Positions 1 to 12,117 of a stretch of 64,000 nt of DNA are shown in pieces. A model generated the notes under the pieces. That model was not told the origin of the DNA, did not search any database, and saw only the letters and a program-made list of their open reading frames with translations. Source of the stretch: Anthoceros angustus. Its lineage: Eukaryota; Plantae; Anthocerotophyta. The stretch lies in NCBI GenBank assembly GCA_010909165.1, contig VJWM01000325.1, positions 1 through 64,000 on the forward strand, given 5' to 3'. Positions within the stretch are counted from its first letter, which is position 1; the number at the start of each line of letters is the position of its first letter. A program made the translations under genes and the position numbers.

Positions 1-15
1 CGATGTACCGGGTGC

Positions 16-3000
16 ATATGTTTGATTACCTTCGATTTGCCGAGCGCCGATCCCGATCAACCGGAGCTGGATGCGCTCGTGCACCCCATCCACTAAGCCG
101 GAGCTCCACCTCGGTGAAGGACCAAAAGAAAAAGTGAACAATTTGTTGTGAGATCGCGATCGGTCCCAAGCCATCCTTGTCGAGCTACCGAGTTGAGAGC
201 TGCTGAATCTTTAATGCTGCCCTTCAAACCGTGTGCATTTGTCGTTGTCTTTGGAATGCGCGGGCCTATTAACTTTTGTTGCCAATCGCCGTGGGACATG
301 TGTGCAAGATCCGCGAGTTGAAAGAAGCGCGTTTTATTAGCATGGCCACAAAAGGATGTCGAACGTGGAATGCCCTTGGATCCGGTCTTGCAAAATGTGG
401 TGAGTCAAACATCACGCCACGCTTTTGACAAGTCGAGGCACAAGGATGTGGTGAAAGGGAATGCCTAAGGATCTAGCTCTTGTCGAGTAGGTTGCATATG
501 CTTACGACGCTAAGGGAAGATGCTTAGGATGCTAAGGATGGATGATTAGGATGCTAAGGACACATGCTTAGGATGCTAAGGGCGAGATAGCCGAGGATGG
601 TAAGGCGGTGGCTCCCTCCCACAAAGCCAACATTATCCGAACCAAATTGTAAAGTTTCAAACATGAAAGACAAATCAAAAAGTAGTTTGAGTTATTTGAG
701 TAGTCGGAATACATTATATAATATTAAAAATAAATTAGAGTGATTGAAGAAATTCTTTGTCACTTTAAATAATTTTCAATAATAAATCATGATTAATGAT
801 CCTTGATTATTTAATTATAGTTTGAATTTTGAAACCCGACATGCTCACATGTCCTAGTGCCATAGGGTGACATGAGTATGCAAAAGAGTGTGTCATAAGG
901 TGCAGAACGCAAATAGTGTGTTACGGTGTGGTAGGGAGTGGCAGCCCATAAATAAATGAACTGAATTAATTAGTATGGCTGGTGGTTCAAGGATCCCGAC
1001 CTAAAAATCTTATCACGACTTGAAAAAACAACGGTCACACATTATGTAACATATTGGTGTGGGAAGCGTTACATGAGTGTGATGAGGGATCCGTGAGGCG
1101 AGGGCGGGAGGACTCGGAGGTGGTGCGTTACGCAAGGGCATCATTTTCTGTTACAAGATGGTCCAAAAGTGTTAGAATACTATGTTACAACATCCCCCGC
1201 CTTCCTAAAATTGCAATCTCCGATAAGTCGTGCTTTGTTTCGGTAATTTTAATCTCACCTATATATGTGGGTATTGTGTTAGTGTAAAATCAAACCTTTG
1301 TGCCCAACCTACGGAAACTTCATGAGTTGTTGTACATAGGACTTTTCGTATGTTTGATTACCTTCGATTTGCCGAGCGCCGATCCCGATCAACCGGAGCT
1401 GGATGCGGCTCGTGCACCCCATCCACTAAGCCGGAGCTCCACCTGAAGGACCAAAAGAAAAAGTGAACAATTTGTCGTGATTTAGATCGCAATCGCTCCC
1501 AAGCCATCCTTGTCAGAGCTACTGAGTTGAGAGCTGCTGAATCTACTGATGGGGGCCCCGATATGGACGCAACATTGTGGGACAACCTCCCTGACGATGT
1601 TGTGGGCGATGTCATGCAGTGTGATACTAATATCTGCACTTGGGTTTAGTGATTAATTAGCATTAATTAATCTACCAATTACTTATCTTTACTAATTACT
1701 AAGTAATTAGTGCTAATTAATCTCAAGCACTTATGACAATTAAGCATTGATTAGTGTTAATTAAACATAGTTAGCAATAGCTAAGTGGATAAGCTCAGGT
1801 AATATGCTTTGGCATATTCCTTGCATATTATAGTGTATTCTTAGGATATTTGCGGCATATGTTTGATTACCTTCGATTTGCGGCCGATCACGATCAACCG
1901 GAGCTGGATGCGGCTCGTGCACCCCATCCACTAAGGCTCCACCTCGGTGAAGGACCAAAAGAAAAAAGTGAACAATTTGTCGTGACGAGATCGCGATCGG
2001 TCCCAAGCCATCCTTGTCAGAGCTACTGAGTTGAGAGCTGCTGAATCTTTAATGTTGCCCTTCAAACCGTGTGCTTTTGTCGTTGTGCTGGAATGCGGCA
2101 GGCCTATTAACTTTTTTGTTGCCAACTGGCTGGTGTGGGACATGTGTGCAAGATCTGGCGAGTTGAAAGAAGCGCGGTTTTATTAGCATGGCCACAAAAG
2201 GATGTCGTAACGTGGAATGCCCTTGGATCTGGTCTTGCAAAATGTGGTGAGCTGAAACATCACGCTACGTTTTTGACAAGCTGAGGCACAAGGATGTGGT
2301 GAAAGGGAATGCCTAAGGATCTAGCTCTTGTCGAGTAGGTTGCATATGCTTACGACGCTAAGGGAAGATGCTTAGGATGCTAAGGATGGATGATTAGGAT
2401 GCTAAGGACACATGTTTAGGATGCTAAGGGCGAGATAAGCGAGGATGGTAAGGCGGTGGCTCCCTCCCACAAAGCCAACATTATCCGAACCAAATTGTAA
2501 AGTTTCAAACATGAAAGACAAATCAAAAAGTAGTTTGAGTTATTTGAGTAGTGAATACATTATATAATATTAAAAATAAATTAGAGTGATTGAAGAAATT
2601 CTTTGTCACTTTAAATAATTTTCAATAATAAATCATGATTAATGATCCTTGATTATTTAATTATAGTTTGAATTTTGAAACCCGACATGCTCACATGTCC
2701 TAGTGCCATAGGGTGACATGAGTATGCAAAAGAGTGTGTCATAAGGTGCACGCGCAAATAGTGTGTTACAGGTGTGGTAGGGAGTGGCAGCCCATAAATA
2801 AATGAACCAATTAATTAGTATGGCTGGTGGTTCAAGGATCCGGACCTAAAAATCTTATCACGACTTGAAAAAACAACGAACGGTCACACATTATGTAACA
2901 TATTGGTGTGGGGGCGTTACATGAGTGTGATGAGGGATCCGGCCCGAGGCGAGGGCGGGAGGACTCGGGAGGTGGTGCGTTACGCAAGGGCATCATTTTT

Positions 3001-3710
3001 ACAAGATGGTCCAAAAGTGTTAGAATACTATGTTACAACATCCCCCGCCTTCCTAAAATTGCAATCCGAAGTCGTGCTTTGTTTCGGTAATTTTAATCTC
3101 AGCCTATATATGTGGGGTATTGTGTTAGTGTAAAATCAAACCTTTGTGCCCAACCCGCTGGAAACTTCAGCTGAGTTGTTGTACATAGGACTTTTCGTAT
3201 GTTTGATTACCTTTCGATTTGCCGAGCGGCCGCCGATCCTGATCAACCGGAGCTGGATGCAGCTCGTGCACCCCATCCACCAAGCTGGAGCTCCACCTCG
3301 GTGAAGGACCAAAAGAAAAAAGTGAACAATTTGTCGTGACGAGATCGCAATCGCTCCCAAGCCATCCTTGTCAGAGCTACTGAGTTGAGAGCTGCTGAAT
3401 CTACTGATGGGGGCCCCGATATGGACGCAACATTGTGGGACAACCTCCCTGACGATGTTGTGGGCGTCATGCGTGTGATACTAATATCTCGGGTTTAGTG
3501 ATTAATTAGCATTAATTAATCTACCAATTACTTATCTTTACTAATTACTAAGTAATTAGTGCTAATTAATCTCAAGCACTTATGACAATTAAGCATTGAT
3601 TAGTGTTAATTAAACATAGTTAGCAATAGCTAAGTGGATAAGCTCAGGTAATATGCTTTGGCATATTCCTTGCATATTATAGTGTATTCTTAGGATATTT
3701 GCGGCATATG
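16..3710. repeat. Tandem duplication of a ~1.85-kb unit (16-1855, 1856-3710); each unit contains two copies of a ~200-bp sub-repeat; unassigned TE-like DNA
   Basis: The motif catatgtttgattacc/gtatgtttgattacc...gctgctgaatct recurs at ~16, ~1348, ~1856 and ~3198. The downstream blocks alternate identically, and the two units differ mainly by small indels. Confidence 0.85.
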
Positions 3711-3807
3711 CTGATGCCAATAGAATATCTTAGGAATATGCCGATGCCAAAGGCTAGTATATGTAGACCCCTCCACTGAGGACAAACTCAGATCATAGCT
3801 TGTCCTC

Positions 3808-3985
3808 ATGCTAGGCGATGCTAGGCGATGCTAGGCGACACGTCGCGATGCTAGGCGACACTAGGCGACGCTATGCTAGGCGACGCTAGGCGACGCTATG
3901 CTAGGCGACGCTAGGCGACGCTATGCTAGGCGACGCTAAGCGACGCTATGCTAGGCGACGCCAGGCGACGCTAGACGACGCGAGG
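3808..3985. repeat. Short-period tandem repeat (ctaggcgacg / atgctaggcg, 10-15 bp units)
   Basis: More than 12 consecutive CTAGGCGA-containing units are visible. Related gatgct(t/a)agg repeats occur at ~520-600 and ~2365-2440. Confidence 0.9.
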
Positions 3986-4771
3986 GGACGTCCTTGGTAC
4001 CAACGCTGATGTGCATAGTCTACCACAAGGGTAAGTCAACTTTCAGGGCAATTATCTTGTCCAACAAGCCATGGCAAGCTGAAAACGTGAATTCAGATTT
4101 GAACATACTGGGTCCTGGAGATGAGGATCATTCAGGCGTGCCAATAAACGCCTCATTGGATCAAGATCAACTGTTAAACAGCTGGTTTGGAAAAGGAAAC
4201 AACAACCATACTCATCAACGCTAAGGACCTAATGAGAACAGTTTGAGTACTACTTGGGAGCAAGACACTTGATCCAGCGTCAGGGAGAGGCTGGTCGATG
4301 AAAAAGGGGATCTTAATTTGAATCGGATACATAGTACCTAGACAACGTCTAATATCAAATTACAGATTTGAGATTTTTTTAATTTAATATTTTCAAAAAT
4401 AAATCAAAAGAAACCCATGGAGAAATCTTCAGCAAGGGTTCTGATTCCCCTGTGTTACACGTCGGGTTATCGTAAGGTTCGAAATATGTAATCAAATACG
4501 TTCCGCAGAGGACAAAATCACGACGATCTTGTTTTCTACCTAGTCCGTAACAGTTGTTTTGCAACGGACTGCGGCTGGCCATCTTGGATGGTTCGCATTA
4601 GCACGTCGTACAACGGGAAACGGTATGCCATGAAGTATATATTGCTAGAGCAACTACCCACATCAGAGAGCAGATGAAACGCGTGTGCATCGGCTGGGAA
4701 GCACGAAAGTGAATACATATCTACCTACACAGCCCAAGCATTGCATTTGGACAAAGCCCAGGTCTGCTTGT

Positions 4772-5470
4772 TCACAATTCGCTCTTCTTGCTCAACAGCT
4801 TGGCCAGCTTTCCGTTCTGATGAGCCTCAACAATGTCTGCAGACAACCATCGGTTCGTGACAAGTGGAACTCAGACGCGCGCTACCCGGCACAGCATCGG
4901 AAGCATCCAACGGCAGAATTTGAGTCCGGAGGTACATACCGTCGGAGCCACCAATGTGCTTGCCGTGGATAAAAACTTGGGGAACAGTGCGGCGTCCCAC
5001 CAGCTCACTCACCGCTCTCTGGATGTCGCCCCCATCCTCTGTTGTGATACGTAAAAGTTAGGCGGCCAAGAGATTGGGAAGACGAAACCAGCAAATGAAG
5101 AAACAAACCTCGCTCATCGAGCTCCACCACGAACGGCTTCTCGTGCAACTCGTGGAACACGGATTTGGCCCGCTTGCAATAGCTGTTAGACCGGAGGAGA
5201 AGGTTAGGTGAGAGCAAGGAAGCAGCCGCGGTGAGCAAACCCTAGCGCCGTTCCGGCCATGGTTCGGATCTTTTGCTGCAGTTCACAAGTGGAAGAAGAG
5301 CAGGAAGAAACTCACGGACAGTAGGACTTGGAGAAGATGACGATTGGGTGACCATGGATCACTCTCTCCACGAACGCGCTGGCCGTCTCCGCTGACGCCA
5401 AGCTGCATTGCTGAAGCACCACTGTTAGCACCGCGAGCAGCAGCACAAGCCACGACTTCCGCCCCGCCAT
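4772..5470 (-). CDS. CPYC-type glutaredoxin with N-terminal signal peptide (GRXC3/C4-like), 4 exons
   Basis: Spliced translation: [15 protein letters not shown]...[10 protein letters not shown]|YCKRAKSVF...PFVVELDER|...[20 protein letters not shown]|[25 protein letters not shown] introns; CPYC, TVP and GG motifs present. Confidence 0.92.
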
Positions 5471-5730
5471 CGCACCGAAGCGTTGATGTTTCTGCAAAGA
5501 CTGCACTTGCAGCGACCGAGATTGGGGGTTATACTCAAAGGTGCCGCTTTCACACTAGGTTGCCCGTTTCGAAGTACATCAAACTGTCAGTGTCACTCGA
5601 CACGCTGCGGCAGCAGTAGTTCATCACAGACGAGCATGGTTTGTGTCTCCCGACCTCTTTGATGATACATTCATGGGTGAATAAAGGCATGGTTAATTAA
5701 TGGAAGAATGCACCTCTACAATTTGCAGAA

Positions 5731-7273
5731 CTACTTCCCGATCACATTAATCCTAACTTGGGCAATGACTTCTGGATGCAACTTGATCTCAGCCACGTAC
5801 TGTCCTACTTCACGGATCTCTGGAACAGTGATGATCCTCTTGTCGATATCTCTGCAGACGTACGAAGAACAAATCTTGAGCAACCAGACATGGGTGTAGG
5901 GTTGCGAGACGATGCATCGCCTGTGAGAATTGGATGAAACTCACCTGGCAGTGTTTGCCTTGATGATGTCCGCAATATCCTGGGAAGTGACCCTAATGGA
6001 TATGGATCACGGTTGAGAGCGTCAGTACTTGAAGTGGTGCATCAAATGCGAATGACATGGACATAACTGTAGCACACTTACGATCCAAAGATCTGCTTCC
6101 CCACTCCAGCTTTACGTTGGACTTTGAAGCCCCCAATAGTTTGGAATTGCCTGGCAATGGTTTCTGCCTCTTGTTTTATCTGCAGCAACCAAACGGCACA
6201 ACCCGAGTGTTTAGCATAACATCTTGACCCGGTCCTCCTGGCAGCATGCCCGACATGCACAATGATAATACCGTACCCTTTGCCTTTCAGCCTCCTCCTT
6301 GTCTTTCTCCACTTTAATAGCCCTGCCAGCACAAAACGATTCCCATCTCTGAGCCCTCTGTATCCTGATATATGTTCTTGTCCAGCGACTGTTCTCCACA
6401 GAGTTCCAAAACACCCCTTACTTCAAAATCTCAGGAGTTGCCATCTTGGCTTTCCCGAGAGGATACAGAAAGTTTCGAAAGTAGCCTGGTTTGACGGCCA
6501 ATAGCTCACCGGTCTTTCCAAGATTTGCAACATCTTGAGTCAAGACAATCTGCACATGCAGAGAACAAGAGACAACACCATAAACTACCACCCGAGCCCT
6601 GGTCATCGTCATCAGAGTTCCGGCACGATGAAACAAACTTCACCTGTCGTCTCTTTTGCACCCTCTTGTTGGCAGTAACCACTAGTCTCTGGTACGGGAT
6701 CGGGGCACTGGTTGAAATACTAGACTTAACCTGCACAGTGCACGTCACAATGAGCTCTTCGAATGCACGTAGAAATGAAAGCACAGCTTACGAATGAAAT
6801 AGGTGTCCACAACGTCCAAGAATCCGCGTGCCACACTCACAAACATGTATAAATCTCAACCACACTGCCACAACTTCTGGATGCCAGACTGCATCCCGGC
6901 CTAGAGAGCGGAAATGATACGAAAAGAAGTCATTCGTGCCATAGGATGCTATCAGAAACAGAATGCTCCCAACCGCAATCCCATTGATGACTGTCACCGA
7001 GCCTGCTCAAGTTAGCCATCTGTATGACTGCGCGTTCCCTTGTCCAAACATTCAAAACAGCAGGCCCCCAAGACGGCACCGTCTAGCTGCCAATAATGAG
7101 TAAAGCAAAGCGAGAGGCAATGCCGCTTCCCGGCTAGGAGATCACAGAAAAAAACGCAGGACTTCAGGAAACCTCGACACACTTACGGAGATAGTGTTCT
7201 GAACTCGCAGGCCTTCACAATAGGGGAAAACCGTGGCGGGGCAGGCTGAGGCGGCCAAAGTCAGGGCCTCCAT
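5731..7273 (-). CDS. RPL9: Plastid 50S ribosomal protein L9, multi-exon
   Basis: Exons encode [64 protein letters not shown] and [17 protein letters not shown]. The first exon (ATG 7273, [12 protein letters not shown]..., gtaagt donor) is inferred as the transit peptide. Confidence 0.9.
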
Positions 7274-7427
7274 AGTTGCAGCGTGTCCTGAGCTCACAGA
7301 GGTGTGAGCTTTCCCACACACATGTTCCTGTCCTCACAGCAGTCTTCGCTGAATCGCCCCAGCCGATAAGTATCGGATAAACAGCCGAATAGAATCGGAA
7401 ATGAAACGGCAGAGCCTTTCGTCCTGA

Positions 7428-7436
7428 TTAGGGTTT
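7428..7436. promoter_or_regulatory. Telo-box (TTAGGGTTT / AAACCCTAA) in the 252-bp divergent RPL9/NFD6-like promoter
   Basis: Exact motif at 7428-7436. Telo-boxes are known in promoters of plant translation-related genes. Confidence 0.5.
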
Positions 7437-7525
7437 CCCGCCTACAGTGTAGCGCGAGCTTGAATGACAGCATCGGTAGGGGCGGAATCTAAGACTGTGT
7501 TGGGACCTCGGGGACGGATCAGGCC

Positions 7526-8121
7526 ATGGCGGCTGTTGTGAGACGAGCGGTGCCGAGGTCGGTTCTGGCCGCAGCAAGGTCTGCCGTGCGGGGTTGGCAT
7601 TCTTCCGTTGGATTGGAGGCTCGGGCTTTCGATGCTGCTCCCAGGATGAGGGCCGGAAGGGCTGCTTCTGAGTTTGCTGCACCGTCTGGTTCCAGCGGGT
7701 CTTTTCTCCATGCGGCAAGAAGCAGCTTGCCTCGGATTGCCTGTGCGCAGTCCCTTCTTCCCCTGCACAGCGCCATGGCTGCTGCTCGGCTTGTGTCCCG
7801 CCTCAGCGCCAGTTCCTTCTCCGAGCAGGCTCTATTGGACGGTATGTCCCTTGTTCCGCTTCTTTGTGTAATTAGGGTTTAGGGAACAGGGTCTTTTCTT
7901 GCGATTCGTTTTCCTTCACGGTAGGCAGCCTGCATTGGTTGAGAGCGTAATGTCTGAGCGTGTCCGTGGATGGAGTGGCTGGGCAATGTGTCGTTTGTGA
8001 GAGTGGCAATGTTACTGGTATTTGGATCGGTACCAGTATTGCCTTAGGTCATGGTGAATGGGCAATTGATGTACTTCATTATGATGCGAGTGCAGGGTCA
8101 TGGATTTCTGAAGATGTATAG
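7526..8121 (+). CDS. NUCLEAR FUSION DEFECTIVE 6-family small organellar protein
   Basis: Arg/Ala/Ser-rich N-terminus followed by ACAQSLLPLHSAMAAARLVSRLS, which resembles the NFD6-family signature. gtatgt donor at ~7842; short putative last exon GSWISEDV* ending at 8121. Confidence 0.65.
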
Positions 8122-8398
8122 AATGTGAAAGAGTTGACAAGGATGCAAAACCTCACCAGAGCCAGATTTAGATGATGTGGACGTTTTTGTAGCTGTAAGT
8201 CCCTGGCTCATCCCATGGAACGCTGCATTGAGTCGATCCATCTTCGACTTGTGTAAAGACTGGTTCGTGCCATTTTGTATAAAGGCAGCTGGGCTGCAAA
8301 AACCAGTCCGGTGCAATGGCCCAGTTTGACATGGACGTGTGTAGTCGTACGTATGAAGCTATGGATCTCACTATGAGGTGTCTCTTTGTGATCACCAG

Positions 8399-9556
8399 CG
8401 AACCGTGGCGAGCAGAGGCGCAACATGTCATCGGGTGGGCAGCCTGGTGCTAGAAATGAAGGAGCAAAGGAAACGTTGGTAGCCCCTGTAACCTATTTGG
8501 GAATTACGGTTCAAAATCTCTTGTCTTCACACCATCACTAGGAGGGTCCGTCATCGTTAAGCATTACACTTGTTTGTTAAATTGTCAAGGTATCTGCATG
8601 CCGGGAAGCTTGTGCTGCGCAAGTCTATTGGAGATTCGCTTGATGCGCTTGTGATGGTGGTAACAATGATATGTCCCGTCCATGTGTTGTATGGCTTCTC
8701 AGAATCTCTGTGACCTTTGTTAACAAAGACGGGGAGGAGCAAACCGTCAAAGTCCCTGTGGGTACAAGCATGCTTGAAGCTGCTCACGCAAATGACATCG
8801 AGCTAGAAGGTATCTAAGATTTGCATTCCCTTGGAGGGCCAGGCTAGCATCACCTCTGATTTTTTTGATTCTCGCTTGTGCTCGTTGTAACACTCCATTC
8901 GCTGTACAGGTGCCTGCGAGGGATCATTAGCTTGCTCAACTTGCCATGTGATTTTGATGGTATTACCCATCTCTTCCCAGTTTGGCATGATTCTCTTGGT
9001 CTATTGTGTGCTGTCCAGTTACTACCTACACAAGTTTCCGGTTTTTCCGCTGTCACCGAGTTCTTAAACTATCCTCATTCCTCTCTCACCTGTGAGGCCT
9101 GCGGCTGAAAGAGCTCGAAGAGTAAGGAGATATTTATCAGCTTTGGTTTCATGTATGAAATCCGAGTTAAATCGTATCCCAACAAGTCTGAAAACTTAGC
9201 GTCCTTCTCATATGTCAAATCCTCCGTCCCTGTGCTAATCCGTGCATGTGGGTATGATCTGAAAAGCAGGATGAAGACTACTACAGCAAATTACCAGAAC
9301 CCTCAGATGAAGAAAATGACATGCTCGACCTTGCCTTCGGTCTAACTGAAACGTAAGCATCTCCGAAGGCATTCGCTCAGTCTGCCTTCCCGTCTGTTCA
9401 AGCCGTCACTCTGCTTAACTCTCCCAAGCTGTCTGGTGCAGGTCCCGGTTGGGATGCCAAGTCATAGCCAAAGCAGAGCTGAACGGAATGCGGCTTGCAC
9501 TCCCTGCCGCCACCCGAAACTTTGCTGTGGACGGCCATGTCCCGAAGCCCCATTAG
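8399..9556 (+). CDS. MFDX: Mitochondrial adrenodoxin-like [2Fe-2S] ferredoxin (MFDX1/2-like); 5' start unresolved
   Basis: Exons: ...RRNMSS...KET|ISVTFVNKDGEEQTVKVPVGTSMLEAAHANDIELEG|ACEGSLACSTCHVIL|DEDYYSKLPEPSDEENDMLDLAFGLTET|SRLGCQVIAK...NFAVDGHVPKPH*. Confidence 0.93.
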
Positions 9557-9670
9557 TCTCAGGTGGACACTTGAATAAAGTCCCTTTGGGATCGCCCTAG
9601 CAAAAGTACTTTGTGTCATAAAATGCACGGACGCAGATCGAACCTCCAGGAGTCCTACGCCGTTGGCAGG

Positions 9671-10960
9671 TCAGCCTCTCGTGGTTTTCCGACTGGTCAG
9701 GGTTTCCTTCACGACTCCTGCGGAGACCAAGAAGGCATCCAGGGCCGACAGCGTCCTCATGTCGGCCTCCGGGAACGCAATGCTCACTTGCCTGAACACG
9801 TTGGAAATCGAAGCCCAGAAAGGCTCCTTCTTCTCCTGCCGCTCGATGAGAAGGTCATCCAAAAACGCGAACGCCGCCAGCAAATCGCTCCCGGTGGCAG
9901 CAATAGGGGCTGCGAAATGCGCCGGGATAATGCGCTTGAATTTCCAGTCCCGCACAATAGCGTCCACCCAGGCGCGCACCGCATCCGGCGCCTTGTCGAA
10001 CACCAGCGTTTTCACAATCGGGGACACGATGAGGCGCTTCGAGATCTGCGCGAACGTGCTTTTGGGCTCCAGCAGATCCGCAGGCCCTAGAAACAGTATC
10101 TGCAGCACCATCCTCTCCCACCCCCGCTGCCGGGTCTCCGGATCGTCCACCAGCGGCCCGTCGGGGATCTCCCGCCCCTGGCTCAGCAGCCGCACGGCCA
10201 GGTTGTTCTTGGCCGCGTCCAGCAGCGACTCCCGGCTCACCACCTCGGGCGGCTCGTCCGGGACCAGGATCACCGCATCCGTCACCAGCAGCGTCTGGGT
10301 CCTGCGGTGGAAGAAGGCCACCTCCACGTACGGCCCGATGCCCACGGGCGAGCTCAGCACCTTGAGCTCCAGCTCCCCCGCCCACGGCAGCCCCGGGTCC
10401 CCCTCCCGCAGCACCCGCGCCCGGAAGATGCCCAGAAACTCCAGCGGGAGGTCGAGCGGCCAGCTCCACAGCCGCGGCGCCACCCACACCTCCGCCCGAG
10501 GGAACTTCCGGGAAAACGGCCCCAGGAAGATCTTGTGCTCGTACGCGAAGGTGGGCAGCACGATGAAGCCCACCGGCGCTCCGAGCTCCTTCACCAGCCG
10601 CACGCACTCCTCCGTGGGCGCGATGGGCGCGTGCACCCACAGCTCCCCGGATTGCAGCTTGATCACTGTCATCCGCGTGTTGGTGCTCACGCTGGTGAAT
10701 CCCAGCGCCTGCTGCTGCTCGAACATCCACACCCGCCCCCGCTCCACCTCCTTCCGGATCGTCCTCCGCGTCAGGAACGGCCCCAGCGGAAACGGGAACC
10801 CTGTGATGTTCACATACCACCTGTCCCCGCCTGCTCCGGAAGCTCCTTCCGCCCCGCATCTCCCTGCAATGCCGCCCTCCACACCTGCCTCCCCTGCTGC
10901 GCAATCTCCATCCAGGAGCATCCACTGCAACGTAGCAGGAGGAGCAGCTGCACTCGCCAT
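9671..10960 (-). CDS. DUF4336 family protein (metallo-beta-lactamase-like fold), intronless
   Basis: 429-aa ORF with FPFPLGPFLTRRTIRKEV, RMTVIKLQSGELWVHAPIAPT, LPTFAYEHK, EVAFFH..TLLVTDA and RIIPAHF motifs. Confidence 0.85.
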   Translation of the reverse strand: MASAAAPPATLQWMLLDGDCAAGEAGVEGGIAGRCGAEGASGAGGDRWYVNITGFPFPLGPFLTRRTIRKEVERGRVWMFEQQQALGFTSVSTNTRMTVIKLQSGELWVHAPIAPTEECVRLVKELGAPVGFIVLPTFAYEHKIFLGPFSRKFPRAEVWVAPRLWSWPLDLPLEFLGIFRARVLREGDPGLPWAGELELKVLSSPVGIGPYVEVAFFHRRTQTLLVTDAVILVPDEPPEVVSRESLLDAAKNNLAVRLLSQGREIPDGPLVDDPETRQRGWERMVLQILFLGPADLLEPKSTFAQISKRLIVSPIVKTLVFDKAPDAVRAWVDAIVRDWKFKRIIPAHFAAPIAATGSDLLAAFAFLDDLLIERQEKKEPFWASISNVFRQVSIAFPEADMRTLSALDAFLVSAGVVKETLTSRKTTRG

Positions 10961-11334
10961 CCCCTGCCCCGCGCAAGCCGGCCCGACGCAGAGACAAGGA
11001 GTGGTGAGGCGCCCACGCCGTTGCCATCGCAGCCATCCCCGGTTGCGACAGGAACGAACAGAGCCTCACCTTCTGGTGTGCTGAGTACTTCCTGGCAAAA
11101 TTGGGGCACAATTCATCCACATTTGACCCCGGTAACTCATGCACGATCGTCACCGCACATGAACGAGCTTGGTCAGATGGTTGAGCAACGTTTTAATAAA
11201 CCGGAAGTCCGCGGATCGAAACTTCCCTTCGGGCTGTGATCCAGATGCCCAGATGCCCTGCTGTGTGGTGTGATGAGGTTCTTTCATTCGGCCGGCCAGC
11301 CAGCCGGCGAAGGAATCCTCCTGGCCCTAGCTAG

Positions 11335-12117
11335 CTAACCCTTCTCCTCGTCTTCGTCCGTAACTTGCTTCACCACCTTCACTTCCGGGACATAGTGCAT
11401 GAGCATGTTCTCGATGCCCGACTTCAGGGTGACGGCCGAGCTGGGGCAGCCGCTGCAGGCGCCCTGCATCTTGAGGGTGACCGTCCCAGTGGCCGGGTCG
11501 AAGCCGCGGTACTCGATGTCCCCGCCGTCGTCGCGCACGGCCGGGCGGATCCTCGTCTCCAGCAGCTCCTTGATCATGGCCACCGTTTGGGAGTCGGTGT
11601 CGAGGACGGTGGTGTCCGAGGGCGGCAGAAGCTGGGCGTCGGTGAAGAGGGGGAGGCCGGCCGTGTAGAACTCCATGATGACGGCGAAGATTTCCGGCTT
11701 CAGGATCTCCCAGGACTGGTCCTCGGACTTGGTGACCGTGACGAAGTCGGAGCCGAAGAAGACCCGCGTGATGCCGTCCACCCCGAAGAGGGCCTTGGCC
11801 AGCGGGGACGCCATGGCGGAGCGGGCGCTGGGGAAGTCTGCGCTGCCTGTTTCCATCACCGGCTTGCCGGGGTAGAACATGAGGGAGGAAGGATTCGGCG
11901 TGCTCTGCGTCTGGATGAAGAGGCTCCTTCGCTGCTGCGCTCCGTGCTGGAAGGGTGGAGGAGATGGCCGGGTGATGATGGGTTCGGCGAGTGGCAGCAG
12001 GGCCCGCCGTGCCGCCACCGCCCATAAAGCTTTGACATGGTGGAGAGATGTTGGCCTCCTTGGGCACTTGGCGAGCAAGTGTCTCAGGCACCTTGAGGAT
12101 GTGGCCATGGCTTGCAT
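11335..12117 (-). CDS. NFU4: Mitochondrial NifU-like Fe-S carrier (NFU4/5), intronless
   Basis: FIQTQSTPNPSSLMFYPG (NFU N-domain) and IRPAVRDDGGDIEY...MQGACSGCPSSAVTLKSGIENML (CxxC NifU domain). Confidence 0.95.
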   Translation of the reverse strand: MQAMATSSRCLRHLLAKCPRRPTSLHHVKALWAVAARRALLPLAEPIITRPSPPPFQHGAQQRRSLFIQTQSTPNPSSLMFYPGKPVMETGSADFPSARSAMASPLAKALFGVDGITRVFFGSDFVTVTKSEDQSWEILKPEIFAVIMEFYTAGLPLFTDAQLLPPSDTTVLDTDSQTVAMIKELLETRIRPAVRDDGGDIEYRGFDPATGTVTLKMQGACSGCPSSAVTLKSGIENMLMHYVPEVKVVKQVTDEDEEKG

